Of a DNA stretch of 64,000 nt, positions 9,685 to 20,198 are shown one piece after another. Each line of letters begins with the position of its first letter. Position 1 is the first letter of the stretch. The notes under the pieces are model-generated. The model had not been told where the DNA came from and did no database searches. It worked only from the letters and a program-made list of their open reading frames with translations. This stretch comes from Candidatus Bathyarchaeia archaeon (GTDB lineage: Archaea > Thermoproteota > Bathyarchaeia > TCS64). The position numbers were made by a program, and so were the translations under genes. Where the stretch lies: assembly GCA_050014495.1 (NCBI GenBank), contig JBEKDF010000008.1:1-64000 (forward strand). The letters run 5' to 3'.

Positions 9685-10998
9685 TTAGGATACTGCCTGC
9701 TTCCTTTTCCCGAACCGGAAATTCGTGAAACGCGACGTGATTATCCTCTCCGTCGAGAAGATCCTCGCCGCCACCCATAGGACAACCACGGTGAAGACGC
9801 TGATGTAGGCTATGCTCCTCACCATGAGCCAATAGTCTCCGAGGAAGGCCGCCTTAGTCGCAAGCATGGTGTGTGTATAGGGAATAGCGAGCAGAATCCA
9901 CTGTAATGTCGTGGGGAGCATGTCAATATCGCTGAACATCAATATAATGGCAGGAATAATCAAAGGAACGACGAGGACACCGGTGAGACTCTGAGCACTC
10001 CTTACACTGTCGGTGAATACGGCGAGGCTAATCGCCAAGGCGAGGGCCGAAACCAGGCTCACGAACATGACCAACCCAAGCAGGGCGTAGCCAAGCGGCT
10101 GAATCCCTATCCCAGTATTAGATAGGTTAACACTCGTAGATGTTGAAGCGAAGCTAAAAGCGGAGCTCGTATAGTAGCTGAACCCGATGAGGTAACTGAT
10201 TGAACCCGCGATAGCAATGACTACGGAACCTGTCAGCTTCCCGGCTAGGATAGTGAGCCTACTCACGGGGAGAGTCATGAGGGTCTCCAGTGTTTTCTGC
10301 TCCTTCTCCAATGCGATGCTCGTCGCAGCCATCTGAATGGCGAATATGACCATCATCATCACCATGATCGGGAGCATAATGCTCTGGCTCAGTAGGAGAC
10401 CAGTGATCTGGCTGGGGGAGACCTCGACGACGTTTCCCTTTATTATTGAGGCGTAGTTAAGATTGATGGGGTCGTGAATCGCAGCTGGGTTACTGCTCCC
10501 CCCCGCCGCTGTGGTCAAGCCCTTTATGAGTTCTAACGAATAGTAGTAATTGTACACGTTGATGAGGCTGCCCGCTACCTCGGCACCGGTAGCCTCAGCT
10601 ATGTTAAGATTTTTCAGGTTACCATATATTTTCACGTTCCCCTTCTCCCCGTTCGTGATGTTGTAGTTATAACCACTTGGCACATAGACTAGGGCTACAC
10701 TGTCTGAATCTTTGAACTTGACCAGCGCATCCTGTAGATTGCTGGCTTGTATCCTCGACACAGTGTTGTTTGTTGTAATGTACTTGATCAGGAGATCCGA
10801 GATGGGTCCACTGTCGTCACTGTAGAGGGAGAACTTCGCGCCCTTTACGCTAGTCTCGACTGCCTGCTGACTTATCTGAATACCCTGCCCCATGAGAGGA
10901 TAGAGGAGGAGCGGAAGGAGAACAACGCCGAACAGTATCTTCGGGTCCCTGATGAGCTCCTTGATCTCTTTCATGATTATGCTAGTGAAGCTACCCAA
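9685..10998 (-). CDS. ABC-2 type exporter permease (NatB-like)
   Basis: KEIKELIRD, EKEQKTLETLMTLPV, multiple TM helices. Confidence 0.92.
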   Translation of the reverse strand: MGSFTSIIMKEIKELIRDPKILFGVVLLPLLLYPLMGQGIQISQQAVETSVKGAKFSLYSDDSGPISDLLIKYITTNNTVSRIQASNLQDALVKFKDSDSVALVYVPSGYNYNITNGEKGNVKIYGNLKNLNIAEATGAEVAGSLINVYNYYYSLELIKGLTTAAGGSSNPAAIHDPINLNYASIIKGNVVEVSPSQITGLLLSQSIMLPIMVMMMVIFAIQMAATSIALEKEQKTLETLMTLPVSRLTILAGKLTGSVVIAIAGSISYLIGFSYYTSSAFSFASTSTSVNLSNTGIGIQPLGYALLGLVMFVSLVSALALAISLAVFTDSVRSAQSLTGVLVVPLIIPAIILMFSDIDMLPTTLQWILLAIPYTHTMLATKAAFLGDYWLMVRSIAYISVFTVVVLWVAARIFSTERIITSRFTNFRFGKRKQAVS

Positions 10999-11722
10999 GC
11001 TGAGTCGCCTCCATGAAGGCCTGCTCTAGGTTGACAGAGTTGTACCTCGCCTTCAGCTCCTCAGGCGTACCCTGTGAAATGATGATTCCCTCGTTGATGA
11101 GCGCGACTCTATGGCAGAGATACTCTACCTCAAGCATGTTGTGGCTCGAAACGATAATTGTTACACCCATCTTCTCGGCGTAGTTCTTAATCATGCCACG
11201 GACGTGGTAGGCCTGGATCACGTCGAGACCCGAGGTGGGTTCATCGAGTATGGCGAGCTTTGGCTTAATCATGAGTGCCCTCGCAATTAGGAGTCTTCTC
11301 TTCATGCCCCGACTATAGCCGTTAACCCTGTCCCTGAGGCGATCACCTAAACCGCTAATGTCCTTCCCCGCGGACACCATCGCCTCGAGAGCGGTCTTAT
11401 CTTTTACATAGAATCCAGCCATGAACCGAAGGTACTCCTCACCATTGAGGTACTGGTAGGCCCCAGCGTCCTCGGGTAGATAGCTGAGTATCTCCCTCAC
11501 CTTGTTCGCGTCCTTCGCAACATCGAGCCCGAAGACCTCAGCCTCCCCTGATGATGGGTTAATGAGGGTCCCAAGTATTCTCAGAGTCGTGGTCTTTCCC
11601 GCACCGTTGGGTCCGATTAGACCGAAGATCTCATTCTCCTCGACGTTAAACGTGATCCCTTTCAACGCCTCGAAGTCTCCGAAGTTCTTCCTGAGGTCGC
11701 TGACTCTAATCGCGGTCACCAT
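10991..11722 (-). CDS. ABC transporter ATP-binding protein (NatA-like)
   Basis: GPNGAGKTT, YSRGM, LDEPTSGLD. Confidence 0.95.
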   Translation of the reverse strand: MVTAIRVSDLRKNFGDFEALKGITFNVEENEIFGLIGPNGAGKTTTLRILGTLINPSSGEAEVFGLDVAKDANKVREILSYLPEDAGAYQYLNGEEYLRFMAGFYVKDKTALEAMVSAGKDISGLGDRLRDRVNGYSRGMKRRLLIARALMIKPKLAILDEPTSGLDVIQAYHVRGMIKNYAEKMGVTIIVSSHNMLEVEYLCHRVALINEGIIISQGTPEELKARYNSVNLEQAFMEATQLG

Positions 11723-11854
11723 CTCGCTCGTCTCTTCAAGCCTTCAACGGCGTACATGATTTAAACCTTCGGAGGTGGACCCGTAGCCTGTAATCAGGTG
11801 CTAAAACACCTTAAATGGGAAAAACTTGGAGATTAACATCGAATGTCCGCTTTA

Positions 11855-13417
11855 TTAGCGGAGGATCCTCCCCGCTCTTGCGCCATTGTGTTTACCATGC
11901 TCAACGGAGACGACGCCGTTCACGATGACGTATTCTAAACCTCTCGGGTGTTGGATGGGATTTTCGAAGGTTGCGGTGTCCTCAATCACCTCAGGATCGA
12001 AAATTGTGATGTCCGCCACTAGACCTGGACGAAGTATACCACGGTCCGTGAGGCCATGAGTCTGAGCAGTATAGCTGGTCATCTTCCTTATCGCATCCTC
12101 TTGTCTGAGGACTCCCTCCCTGACATAGCGACCGGATACACGTGGAAAACTACCGTAGGCTCTTGGGTGAGGTTTACCGAGGACGATCCCATCGGTGCAA
12201 ACCATCCCAAGCGTGCTCCTCATTATCGTCCTGACATCCCCTTCATCCATCGTGAAGGTAGCCATGGTCACCGAGTTCTCCTCCTCGAGGACGAGGTCAA
12301 GTACTGTCTCCGCGGGTTTCTTCCCAAGTTCTTCAGCTATCTGTGAGATGTACATTCCCTCGAACCGCTTGTTCTTGTTAGTCTTTACATTAGTAATGAG
12401 TACCCTGTCCCATTCATTTGGACTGCCTTCATCCCTTCCGGATTTGAGATATGAAACCAGCTTGGTCCTGGTTGGCTTATCCTTTAACCGAGTGAGCAGC
12501 TTGTCGAGCCCACCTTCGTGAGCCCAAGGGGGAAGCAGACTTCCGAGAAAGGTACTACCAGCAGTGTAAGGATACTGGTCGAAGGTCACATCGACACCAG
12601 TTCTCCTCGCCTCTTCTACTCTCCCGACCGCTTGCGGGGCTTTTCCCCAGTTTTCTCTACCATTAGCTTTGAAGTGACTGATGTGGACAGGGGCACCCGA
12701 GCCACGTCCCACACTTACCACTTCGTCTATCGAGTCTAGGAGTTTGTCCCCCTCGTTTCTCATATGGACCACGAAGACTCCACGGTGGGCAGCGACGACC
12801 TTACAGAGTTCTGTCAACTCTGATGCGTCGGAATACACGCAAGGGGGATAGATGAGGCCGGTGCTAAGGCCGATTCCACCCTCGCTCAATGATTTATCGA
12901 GCAGCTTCTTCATGTTTTCGAGTTCTGTTTTAGTGGGTTTTCGATCCTCCATCCCCATTGCAGCTAGGCGAATGTTACCGTGTCCTACAAGGGATGCGAC
13001 GTTGACAGATGGTCGAGCGGATTCGAGTCGGGTGAGGTAATCACCGAAGCTCCTCCACTCCCAACCTATGTCGGGGTTTCCGTTTAGCCCCGAGAGATAT
13101 CTTCGCCACATGTCGACAGTCTCATCGGTGAGGGGAGCCTCGCCAAGGCCATCCTGACCCACAATCTCGGTCGTGATGCCCTGCATGATCTTGATCCTTG
13201 CCTCAGGCTCCGAGATCAGAACCAGGTCGCCGTGGCTGTGTGCATCTATGAAACCAGGCGCAACAACGAGCCCAGATGCGTCTATCGTCTCACGGGTTTT
13301 CCCCTCTACCCTCCTTACGGCTGAGATTCTACCCTTCGTAACGGCTACGTCTCCGTTATACCAAGGGTTGCCAGCGCCGTCCACTATCTTTCCACCCTTG
13401 ATTATGAGGTCATACAT
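11855..13417 (-). CDS. N-acyl-D-amino-acid deacylase
   Basis: PGFIDAHSHGD, STGLIYPP, HISHFK, DQYPYTAGST, PHPRAYGSFPR. Confidence 0.93.
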   Translation of the reverse strand: MYDLIIKGGKIVDGAGNPWYNGDVAVTKGRISAVRRVEGKTRETIDASGLVVAPGFIDAHSHGDLVLISEPEARIKIMQGITTEIVGQDGLGEAPLTDETVDMWRRYLSGLNGNPDIGWEWRSFGDYLTRLESARPSVNVASLVGHGNIRLAAMGMEDRKPTKTELENMKKLLDKSLSEGGIGLSTGLIYPPCVYSDASELTELCKVVAAHRGVFVVHMRNEGDKLLDSIDEVVSVGRGSGAPVHISHFKANGRENWGKAPQAVGRVEEARRTGVDVTFDQYPYTAGSTFLGSLLPPWAHEGGLDKLLTRLKDKPTRTKLVSYLKSGRDEGSPNEWDRVLITNVKTNKNKRFEGMYISQIAEELGKKPAETVLDLVLEEENSVTMATFTMDEGDVRTIMRSTLGMVCTDGIVLGKPHPRAYGSFPRVSGRYVREGVLRQEDAIRKMTSYTAQTHGLTDRGILRPGLVADITIFDPEVIEDTATFENPIQHPRGLEYVIVNGVVSVEHGKHNGARAGRILR

Positions 13418-13535
13418 CTGGCTAAGCTTCCGAGTCGGTGTTTAAACGGTTTAGGGGACAGCTATTGCGCGAGAGCCTGAATGAGAGCGCGTGTTCAAGT
13501 CAAGCAGGACACAGGATGTATTATTTCTCGTCTCC

Positions 13536-14051
13536 CTAGTCCCTTTTAGGTTTCCTTTTCAGCTCCGTACCGCAGATGGGGCAGATATTGTCCTCCTGTT
13601 GGGAGTCGAATCTTCTCCTGCAGCCTGGACAATATATAACCCAATTCAACACCTTCTTTATCCCCTTCGTGACTTGTGAGACAAATCGTAACCCGAGTCG
13701 AGCAGCCATATTCTGGACAGAGTAGTCATCAGTCACAATTGTAGGCTCCTTCCCTTCAGATTTCAGCTGGAGCCCTAGCGAGAGCAGCCGTTTATCTGTG
13801 ATGGAGAGCTTATGCGCCTCCCCCGCCAATCTTGATTTAGATTCGAGCTCATTGATCCAAATCTTCTCCGGGATCACCTCCCTCAGCCTCCCCGAGCTCT
13901 GTGCACTCTCATACCTCATTCTACCTAATTCTTCCTTAATTTCGTCCAGTACCTCGGGGACTGTGTAGTACTCCTCGTCGGAAGAGAGATTGTAGCCCTG
14001 AATGAAGGCCGAAGTATCCAGAATGACGTATCTCAAAAATAGGTCCCTCAC
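13536..14051 (-). CDS. nob1: NOB1 family PIN-domain endonuclease with Zn ribbon
   Basis: LDTSAFI, LSITD, TDDYSVQN, CxxC...CxxC. Confidence 0.92.
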   Translation of the reverse strand: MRDLFLRYVILDTSAFIQGYNLSSDEEYYTVPEVLDEIKEELGRMRYESAQSSGRLREVIPEKIWINELESKSRLAGEAHKLSITDKRLLSLGLQLKSEGKEPTIVTDDYSVQNMAARLGLRFVSQVTKGIKKVLNWVIYCPGCRRRFDSQQEDNICPICGTELKRKPKRD

Positions 14052-14884
14052 TGCGACTGGATGTGTGTGAGCCTACTCCTCAGCCTCTCGTAGAATGGTT
14101 TGAACCTAATGAAGCGTGTCTTGTTAGTTGAGACCTCGATCTCAATGGTTGAGAGGGGCTTCAACCCGGTGTATACCTTCCCATCGACTATGGCGAGGGC
14201 ATCCGCCTTGGGTTTTCGGAGCTCTACAGTGACCTTAGAGTCCAATGGAAGAGTTATGCTACGGAAGTAACTGTAGGGATTAATGGCGGTCAATATCATC
14301 GCGTCGACGCCGGGAGCGAGTATCGAGCCACCGGCTGAGAGATTGTAGGCAGTGGACCCCGTAGGCGTGGAGACGATTATTCCATCAGCCTGTATCTCGG
14401 TGAGTTGTTCCCCATTGACGAATAATCTGCATAGGATCATCTTAGAGGGTAATGAGGAGGAGATGAGAACCTCGTTGAGGGAGTCGGGGAAGTACTCCTT
14501 CATATCGAGGCAGTGACTACGCAACTTCACACAGGTCTCGAGCTCATAATTGCCAGATACTACTCTATCTATCGCGGACTCCACATCCTCCTTAGGAACC
14601 TCACACAAGAAGCCCCTCCTTCCCATGTTGACTCCAAGGAGAGGCGTATCGGGGATCTTCAGTCCCATTGCCACACGGAGAATTGTGCCATCACCGCCAA
14701 CAGCGACAACGAAGTCCGCCTCCATGTCCGTGAGGTCAATGGTCTCATTCTTCATCTCGAGGGCCATAGCGGTCTCCGTCTCCACAAGGACCTCGACCCC
14801 TTGGGACTCTAGATGCTCTATTACCCTGCGGGTCACGGGGAACACGGCATCCGTGTCGATCCTTGAGACGACGCCCACTCTCAT
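14048..14884 (-). CDS. nadK: NAD(+) kinase
   Basis: GGDGTIL, NE, DGIIVSTPTGSTAYNLSAGG. Confidence 0.95.
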   Translation of the reverse strand: MRVGVVSRIDTDAVFPVTRRVIEHLESQGVEVLVETETAMALEMKNETIDLTDMEADFVVAVGGDGTILRVAMGLKIPDTPLLGVNMGRRGFLCEVPKEDVESAIDRVVSGNYELETCVKLRSHCLDMKEYFPDSLNEVLISSSLPSKMILCRLFVNGEQLTEIQADGIIVSTPTGSTAYNLSAGGSILAPGVDAMILTAINPYSYFRSITLPLDSKVTVELRKPKADALAIVDGKVYTGLKPLSTIEIEVSTNKTRFIRFKPFYERLRSRLTHIQSQ

Positions 14885-14956
14885 GGCTCTTCAACTGAGA
14901 AGAGCCCCGGCGTAGATTTAAAGACCCACCGCTGGAGAAAATAGCTTAAAATCGGG

Positions 14957-16117
14957 TTAGACGATGATTCCCGCAGCGCGTAGCTCATTTAGCTTCTCCT
15001 GCGAGTACCCTAATAAGCTCTTAAGAACTTCATCGTTGTGCTCACCGAGTATAGGGGCAGCGGTCTTGATTGTAGCCGGAGTCTTACTGTACTTGACAGG
15101 GTGCTGTGGCACGACGAACTTACCCGCCAGCTTGTGGTCGAGCGTGACAACGGTGTTCCTCGCCTTAACCTGAGGGTCCTCAAGCATATCGGGGACGTGA
15201 TGTATTGGTGCACATGGGACGGAACTGGACGCGAGTGTGGTAATGGCGTCGGCGGCCGTTTGACCCTCAACCCATTTCTTGAAGACGTCGCTTCCCTCTT
15301 CGATCTCCTCGAGACCTAAGGCTCTCTTGACCCTGTCTTCCATGTCCTGGTCGGCGGCAACGAAGATGTATTTCCCATCCTTCGCCTGGAAGATACCCCA
15401 GGCACCTATGCCCTTCCTCTGCTGTCTTGTGACCCAGGGGAGCTCACCGCTAAGACTGTAGCCAGTGATAGCGACACCGCACTGTGCTATCATTACATCG
15501 AGTTGCGCAACATCGATGAGTTGTCCCTCGCCTGTCTTGTCACGGTGCCTGAGGGCACCTAGGATAGCTATGGTCGCGTAGAGACCGGGGTCGAGGTCTC
15601 CGTGATATTCGGCGGGGACAATCGGTGGGCCATTAGGGTCGATGCTGTCGCCTGTTAAGCGGATCCAGCTACTCTGGCTCTCGGCGATAGGTGCGAAGCT
15701 CGTGCGGTCCCTGAAAGGACCGTCGAGGCCGAAGCCACTAAGGCTAGCATAGATAATGTCGGGCTTAACGGCTTTGATCTGCTCGTAGCCGAGGCCGAGC
15801 TTGTCCATGGTGCCGCGTTTGAAGTTCTCGACTATGACGTCGCTCTTCTTCGCCAACTCCTTGACGATCTCAAGGACTTTGGGGTCCTTGAGGTTGAAGG
15901 CGAGGCCCTTCTTGTTCCTGTTGAAGTAGTGGAAGCTGCTGCTAGCACCTCCGTAGAGTTTGTTGCCGAGCCTGTTGATCTCGCCCCATGGGGGTTCAAC
16001 CTTTAGAACCTCGGCACCCATGTCCGCGAGTATCATAGTCGCGTAGGGGCCAAAGTAGACGTGGCTGAAGTCGAGGATGCGTACACCATCAAGCATACCC
16101 TTACCCATAACGTTCAC
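14957..16117 (-). CDS. Family III CoA-transferase (CaiB/BaiF)
   Basis: LADMGAEVLKVEPP, NRNKK, DVIVENF, APILGEH. Confidence 0.93.
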   Translation of the reverse strand: MNVMGKGMLDGVRILDFSHVYFGPYATMILADMGAEVLKVEPPWGEINRLGNKLYGGASSSFHYFNRNKKGLAFNLKDPKVLEIVKELAKKSDVIVENFKRGTMDKLGLGYEQIKAVKPDIIYASLSGFGLDGPFRDRTSFAPIAESQSSWIRLTGDSIDPNGPPIVPAEYHGDLDPGLYATIAILGALRHRDKTGEGQLIDVAQLDVMIAQCGVAITGYSLSGELPWVTRQQRKGIGAWGIFQAKDGKYIFVAADQDMEDRVKRALGLEEIEEGSDVFKKWVEGQTAADAITTLASSSVPCAPIHHVPDMLEDPQVKARNTVVTLDHKLAGKFVVPQHPVKYSKTPATIKTAAPILGEHNDEVLKSLLGYSQEKLNELRAAGIIV

Positions 16118-16381
16118 CGAATCCTGTGAAAGAAACTTGCATGACAGATAAAGTTTATGCGATCTACGCCCATGAGGTCATTCTCGTGGAGAGATGGCAG
16201 CGCACCTCCTCAAGCGAATCGAGGAATACTCCCGGGGCTAAATCGAGAGCTTCGAGAGGGGACGCAAAAAGTACAGTTTCCAGCAGGTCGTGTTCACAGG
16301 AGCCATACCATTCGTTGTGATAGTTTTCATCGCCTTCGCCATTGGGCCATACTTCTTCATCCTACCCGACACGTGAAGTAG

Positions 16382-16870
16382 CTAGGTTGTAGTCTCCCAT
16401 ATCTTGTCCCCAACATAGTGTAAGTTGTGGATTACCTTACCCTTCCTCTCAGCCATAATGGCGGATGATGGCTTCAGGGCCTTACCAATGGCGAGTGCCT
16501 TGTCATGTTTTACATCTCGAACCACTACTAGGGCACCCTCCTCGAATGGTGTCTTGATCTCCGTTATGCCAGGAGCCATAACGTCGGCTCCTTTGCAGAC
16601 AAAGGGTATGGCCCCCATGTCTACAATGACAGCGGGCAGAGAGTCGACACACTTGCATCTCAGTGTCGGATAAAGATTCTTCTCAGACCTGAACAGAAGT
16701 ATTTCGTCGTCTAAGAGGTAGATCTTGGAACCATCCTCGGTCTCCGCCTCCTCGACCTTTGAAAAGGTTCGTCCATTAATGTAGCTCGACGCCTCCTCGA
16801 GGAGGCTCCTTGCATCCTGCCGCCTGAGGGCACGCCTCCTTCTAACCTTAGGAGCTGATTCGCTCATCAA
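16382..16870 (-). CDS. PUA-domain RNA-binding protein (pre-PUA/PUA)
   Basis: VDMGAIPFVCKGADVMAPGI, HYVGD. Confidence 0.92.
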   Translation of the reverse strand: MMSESAPKVRRRRALRRQDARSLLEEASSYINGRTFSKVEEAETEDGSKIYLLDDEILLFRSEKNLYPTLRCKCVDSLPAVIVDMGAIPFVCKGADVMAPGITEIKTPFEEGALVVVRDVKHDKALAIGKALKPSSAIMAERKGKVIHNLHYVGDKIWETTT

Positions 16871-17026
16871 GACAAGTTACGTAACTGAGGTTAAGAAGCC
16901 TTACGTAACAGTGTACGAGCCTATAAGGAGATGAGGCTAATCTTCAGATAAAAGTGCACGATGAGGTATTTAAACTACCATTCACTTTTCGTTTACATGA
17001 ATCAAAACTGAAAAAAAGGTGATTAA

Positions 17027-18307
17027 ATGACAGTAGAACCCAGATTTGAGAACCCCCATCCAGCCAGGGAGAGAAGCACCACGATGGCCATGGTCGCGAT
17101 ACTCACCGCGTTAATCGCCATAGGTCTATCGGCATACATCTACACTAGCGAGGGCAATCAGCTCAGCACAATCAACAGTCAGACGACGACCCTAACATCG
17201 AATGTACAGCAGGCAAACGTGCAAATGATAACCTTAGAATCAAAGATCTCGGACCTAAACACAAAGATCGCGGCACTTAACGCGACTTTAGCAAGAATCA
17301 TTGAAGGGGGAAACACAGGAGGAGGAACTCCACAGACCAACGGTTTAACAGCAGAGCAGATCTACAACCAGACGGCCAACAGCATCGTGCTGATAAAAGT
17401 CCACGTATCCAATGGAACAGACTCGGGAAGCGGATTCGTCTACGACACCTCGGGTAGAATTGTGACCAACAACCACGTAATAACCGGCGCCCTTAACGGA
17501 GGCATAACCGTAACATTCCTAAACGGAACAATCGTCCCCGCAACCCAAGTTGGCACAGACCCATACTCTGACGTGGCTGTCATCAAGGTAACGGCTCCTA
17601 CAGCACTCCTTAAGCCACTCAAAATAGGTATTTCCTCAAAACTCATCGTAGGCGACACCGTCTACGCGGTTGGGAACCCATTTGAACTCACGGACACGAT
17701 GACAGAGGGAATAATCAGCGCTGTGGGCCGGGAGCTAGATGAAGGAGCAGGATACCTGATAGTAGATGTTCTTCAGACAGATGCAGCCCTAAACCCGGGC
17801 AATAGCGGTGGCCCACTCTTCAACTCCAATGGGGAGGTCGTTGGTATGAATACAGCGGGGGCTACATCGACTTCATCAGGGGTAAACTTCGCAGTCCCCA
17901 GTGATACGATAACACGTGAGGTCCCAAGCCTCATTTCAACTGGAAGCTACAGCCACCTATACCTCGGAATAAGCGGGTACGATGTAACACCCGGCGTAGT
18001 CTCTGCGATGAATCTTCTCCAGGGAACTTATGACACACTCATAATCTCAGTCGTCCCAGGTGGACCCTCCGACAAGGCGGGTCTAAGGGGAGGAACGAAT
18101 ACTGCGATCGTCGACGGCGCACCTCTATCTATAGGTGGTGACGTCATAACCGGCGCAGATGGCCACCCACTCAAATTCTTCTACAACCTAATGGTATACA
18201 TCGAGCGCAACAAGAAACCAGGTGACACGATAACACTGAATATTCTCAGAAATAACACTCCTTCGAACATTGTGGTAACACTCGGCGTAAGACCTCCACC
18301 AGGATGA
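17027..18307 (+). CDS. Membrane-anchored HtrA/DegP-like serine protease with coiled coil and PDZ domain
   Basis: N-terminal TM; TNNHV, DVAV and GNSGGPL triad motifs; C-terminal PDZ. Confidence 0.95.
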   Translation: MTVEPRFENPHPARERSTTMAMVAILTALIAIGLSAYIYTSEGNQLSTINSQTTTLTSNVQQANVQMITLESKISDLNTKIAALNATLARIIEGGNTGGGTPQTNGLTAEQIYNQTANSIVLIKVHVSNGTDSGSGFVYDTSGRIVTNNHVITGALNGGITVTFLNGTIVPATQVGTDPYSDVAVIKVTAPTALLKPLKIGISSKLIVGDTVYAVGNPFELTDTMTEGIISAVGRELDEGAGYLIVDVLQTDAALNPGNSGGPLFNSNGEVVGMNTAGATSTSSGVNFAVPSDTITREVPSLISTGSYSHLYLGISGYDVTPGVVSAMNLLQGTYDTLIISVVPGGPSDKAGLRGGTNTAIVDGAPLSIGGDVITGADGHPLKFFYNLMVYIERNKKPGDTITLNILRNNTPSNIVVTLGVRPPPG

Positions 18308-18440
18308 CTCTTAAATCCATGCTCCTCCTGCTCACTGCTTATTTTTAAGAATCCGCTTATGTAGTCCTAAGGGAAAGAACACCCTTTTTACAAAGCTATT
18401 CCTCATTACATCTAGATGAGCTGTTGCGACCGTGAGGTGA

Positions 18441-18689
18441 GTGAAAATAAATAATCAAAAAACATTCAAGATGAAGCTGTATACAACGAAACCCAGTGGG
18501 GTGACAATCTTTACCAAAGATAATTCGCCCACACCAAAGAACCTGGAGCCATTCGTGATCGGAGAAGGCCCGTACATCTATCTATGTGGTAAATGCGACC
18601 ACATTTTACTAAAAAATGTCAGAATGGGTCAAGTGACTAAGGCAATCTATAAATGTCCAAAATGTGGGGCCTACAACCAGACCGAATAA
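18441..18689 (+). CDS. Small zinc-ribbon protein
   Basis: CGKC...CPKC. Confidence 0.65.
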   Translation: MKINNQKTFKMKLYTTKPSGVTIFTKDNSPTPKNLEPFVIGEGPYIYLCGKCDHILLKNVRMGQVTKAIYKCPKCGAYNQTE

Positions 18690-18731
18690 AAACAACTAGT
18701 CTTAGATGAATGCGTAAACGCCACTCGATGT

Positions 18732-20045
18732 TCATGTATTGTTAAAGGTTTGCTCTGTTTTTGATTCGTTGATTCTTCTCCTAAATAAGAATAGAACCCC
18801 GACACCGACTGCTACAACCATTACCAAGAGAATGATGTAGGGTGTGTAGTCGATTGTCGTTGCCTGAGTCCCAGTTCCTGTAGGCGTGGTCGATGAACCA
18901 CCTATCGCGTATATGTAGCCATCATAGCTGCCCACATAGACAATGCCATTAGAGCTGATCGCTGGGGAGGAGTCAATGTAGTCTCCCGCCTGGAATTTCC
19001 ATTTAAGCGACCCATTGGAGCCCAATGCATAGAGGTAGTTATCGTCGCTTCCGATGTAGATGGTTCCGTCTGATGCTAAGGCGGGAGATGACTCGACATA
19101 GCTTCCAGTCTGATATTTCCACTTCAACGTGCCATTGGAGCTCAATGCATAGATGTAGTAATCATAACTTCCAAAGTAGATCGTGCCATCTTTTGCTACT
19201 GCTGGTGACGAGAACACAGAGTCCCCAGTCTGGAAATTCCACTTTAAGGTACCGTCAGGGTTGACAGCTTGTAGGTAGCCGTCGTCGCTGCCCACATAGA
19301 TGGTCCCATCCGGCGCCACGGCGGGGGATGACTCGACATAGCTTCCAGTTTGATATTTCCACTTCAACGTGCCGTTGGAGTCAATTGCATAAAGATTGTA
19401 GTCAATGCTTCCAACGTAGATGGTTCCGTCTGGCGCCACAGCTGGGGAGGAGTCTATCGAGTCGCCTGTCTTGAGGCTCCACTTTAGCGAACCATTCGGA
19501 TTCAATGCATATAGGGAGCCATCGTCGCTACCAACATAAACCGTGCCATTAGCGATGTTGGGCGATGACTCAACCGGAGCCCCGGTGTTGAACTTCCACT
19601 TCATCGAGCCGTCAGCATTTAGCGAGTAGGTATAGTTATCGAAGGAGCCAACATATATCGTCCCATCAGTGGCCACTGCTGGGGAGGATTCTACTGGGCC
19701 ACCAGTTTCGAATTTCCACCTCAATGTGCTGTTAGAGTTCAATGCATAGATGTAGTCATCGTAGCTGCCCGCATAGACCGTACCATCAACAGCCAACGCC
19801 ACTGAAGAATTGACGACGTCATTCGTCTTGTATTTCCAATTAAGGTTACCTGCTTCGACACTGGGCGTTGAGGCCATTCCAGTATGCTGTTGATCGTGTC
19901 TGAAAACGGGCCATGGAGAAATTAGTTCAGAGCCTAGAGCTTGGACCACTGACGTCTGAGCGCCTGATACACTCAATAAGATCATTGGACTCATATAGAG
20001 CACAATTAAAGCAAGGACGAAGACAGAATCCTTCAAGTTACTCAA
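18732..20045 (-). CDS. Cell-surface PQQ-like beta-propeller repeat protein
   Basis: Signal peptide, ~8 repeats of W.F.TG..V.SSPA...DGTIYVGS.D..LYAL, Thr-rich linker, C-terminal TM followed by RRR. Confidence 0.92.
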   Translation of the reverse strand: MSNLKDSVFVLALIVLYMSPMILLSVSGAQTSVVQALGSELISPWPVFRHDQQHTGMASTPSVEAGNLNWKYKTNDVVNSSVALAVDGTVYAGSYDDYIYALNSNSTLRWKFETGGPVESSPAVATDGTIYVGSFDNYTYSLNADGSMKWKFNTGAPVESSPNIANGTVYVGSDDGSLYALNPNGSLKWSLKTGDSIDSSPAVAPDGTIYVGSIDYNLYAIDSNGTLKWKYQTGSYVESSPAVAPDGTIYVGSDDGYLQAVNPDGTLKWNFQTGDSVFSSPAVAKDGTIYFGSYDYYIYALSSNGTLKWKYQTGSYVESSPALASDGTIYIGSDDNYLYALGSNGSLKWKFQAGDYIDSSPAISSNGIVYVGSYDGYIYAIGGSSTTPTGTGTQATTIDYTPYIILLVMVVAVGVGVLFLFRRRINESKTEQTFNNT

Positions 20046-20198
20046 ATAACGCCGTATGGATTACCCTATAAGCATTATTTTTCGCGCGTGGCTTCAGTAA
20101 CTCTGAAGGTCGCTGCCAAACACCTGCATCATGGCTCAAAAAGGGTCCAAATGCTCAAAAGCACTTAATCCGCGAGCAGGAGAGAAAAATGCTCCCAT

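Noticed and set aside
18900..19850. Regularly spaced repeats as a possible CRISPR array (also 49860-50790)
   Set aside because: They are in-frame, degenerate coding repeats of beta-propeller blades, not identical repeats with unique spacers.
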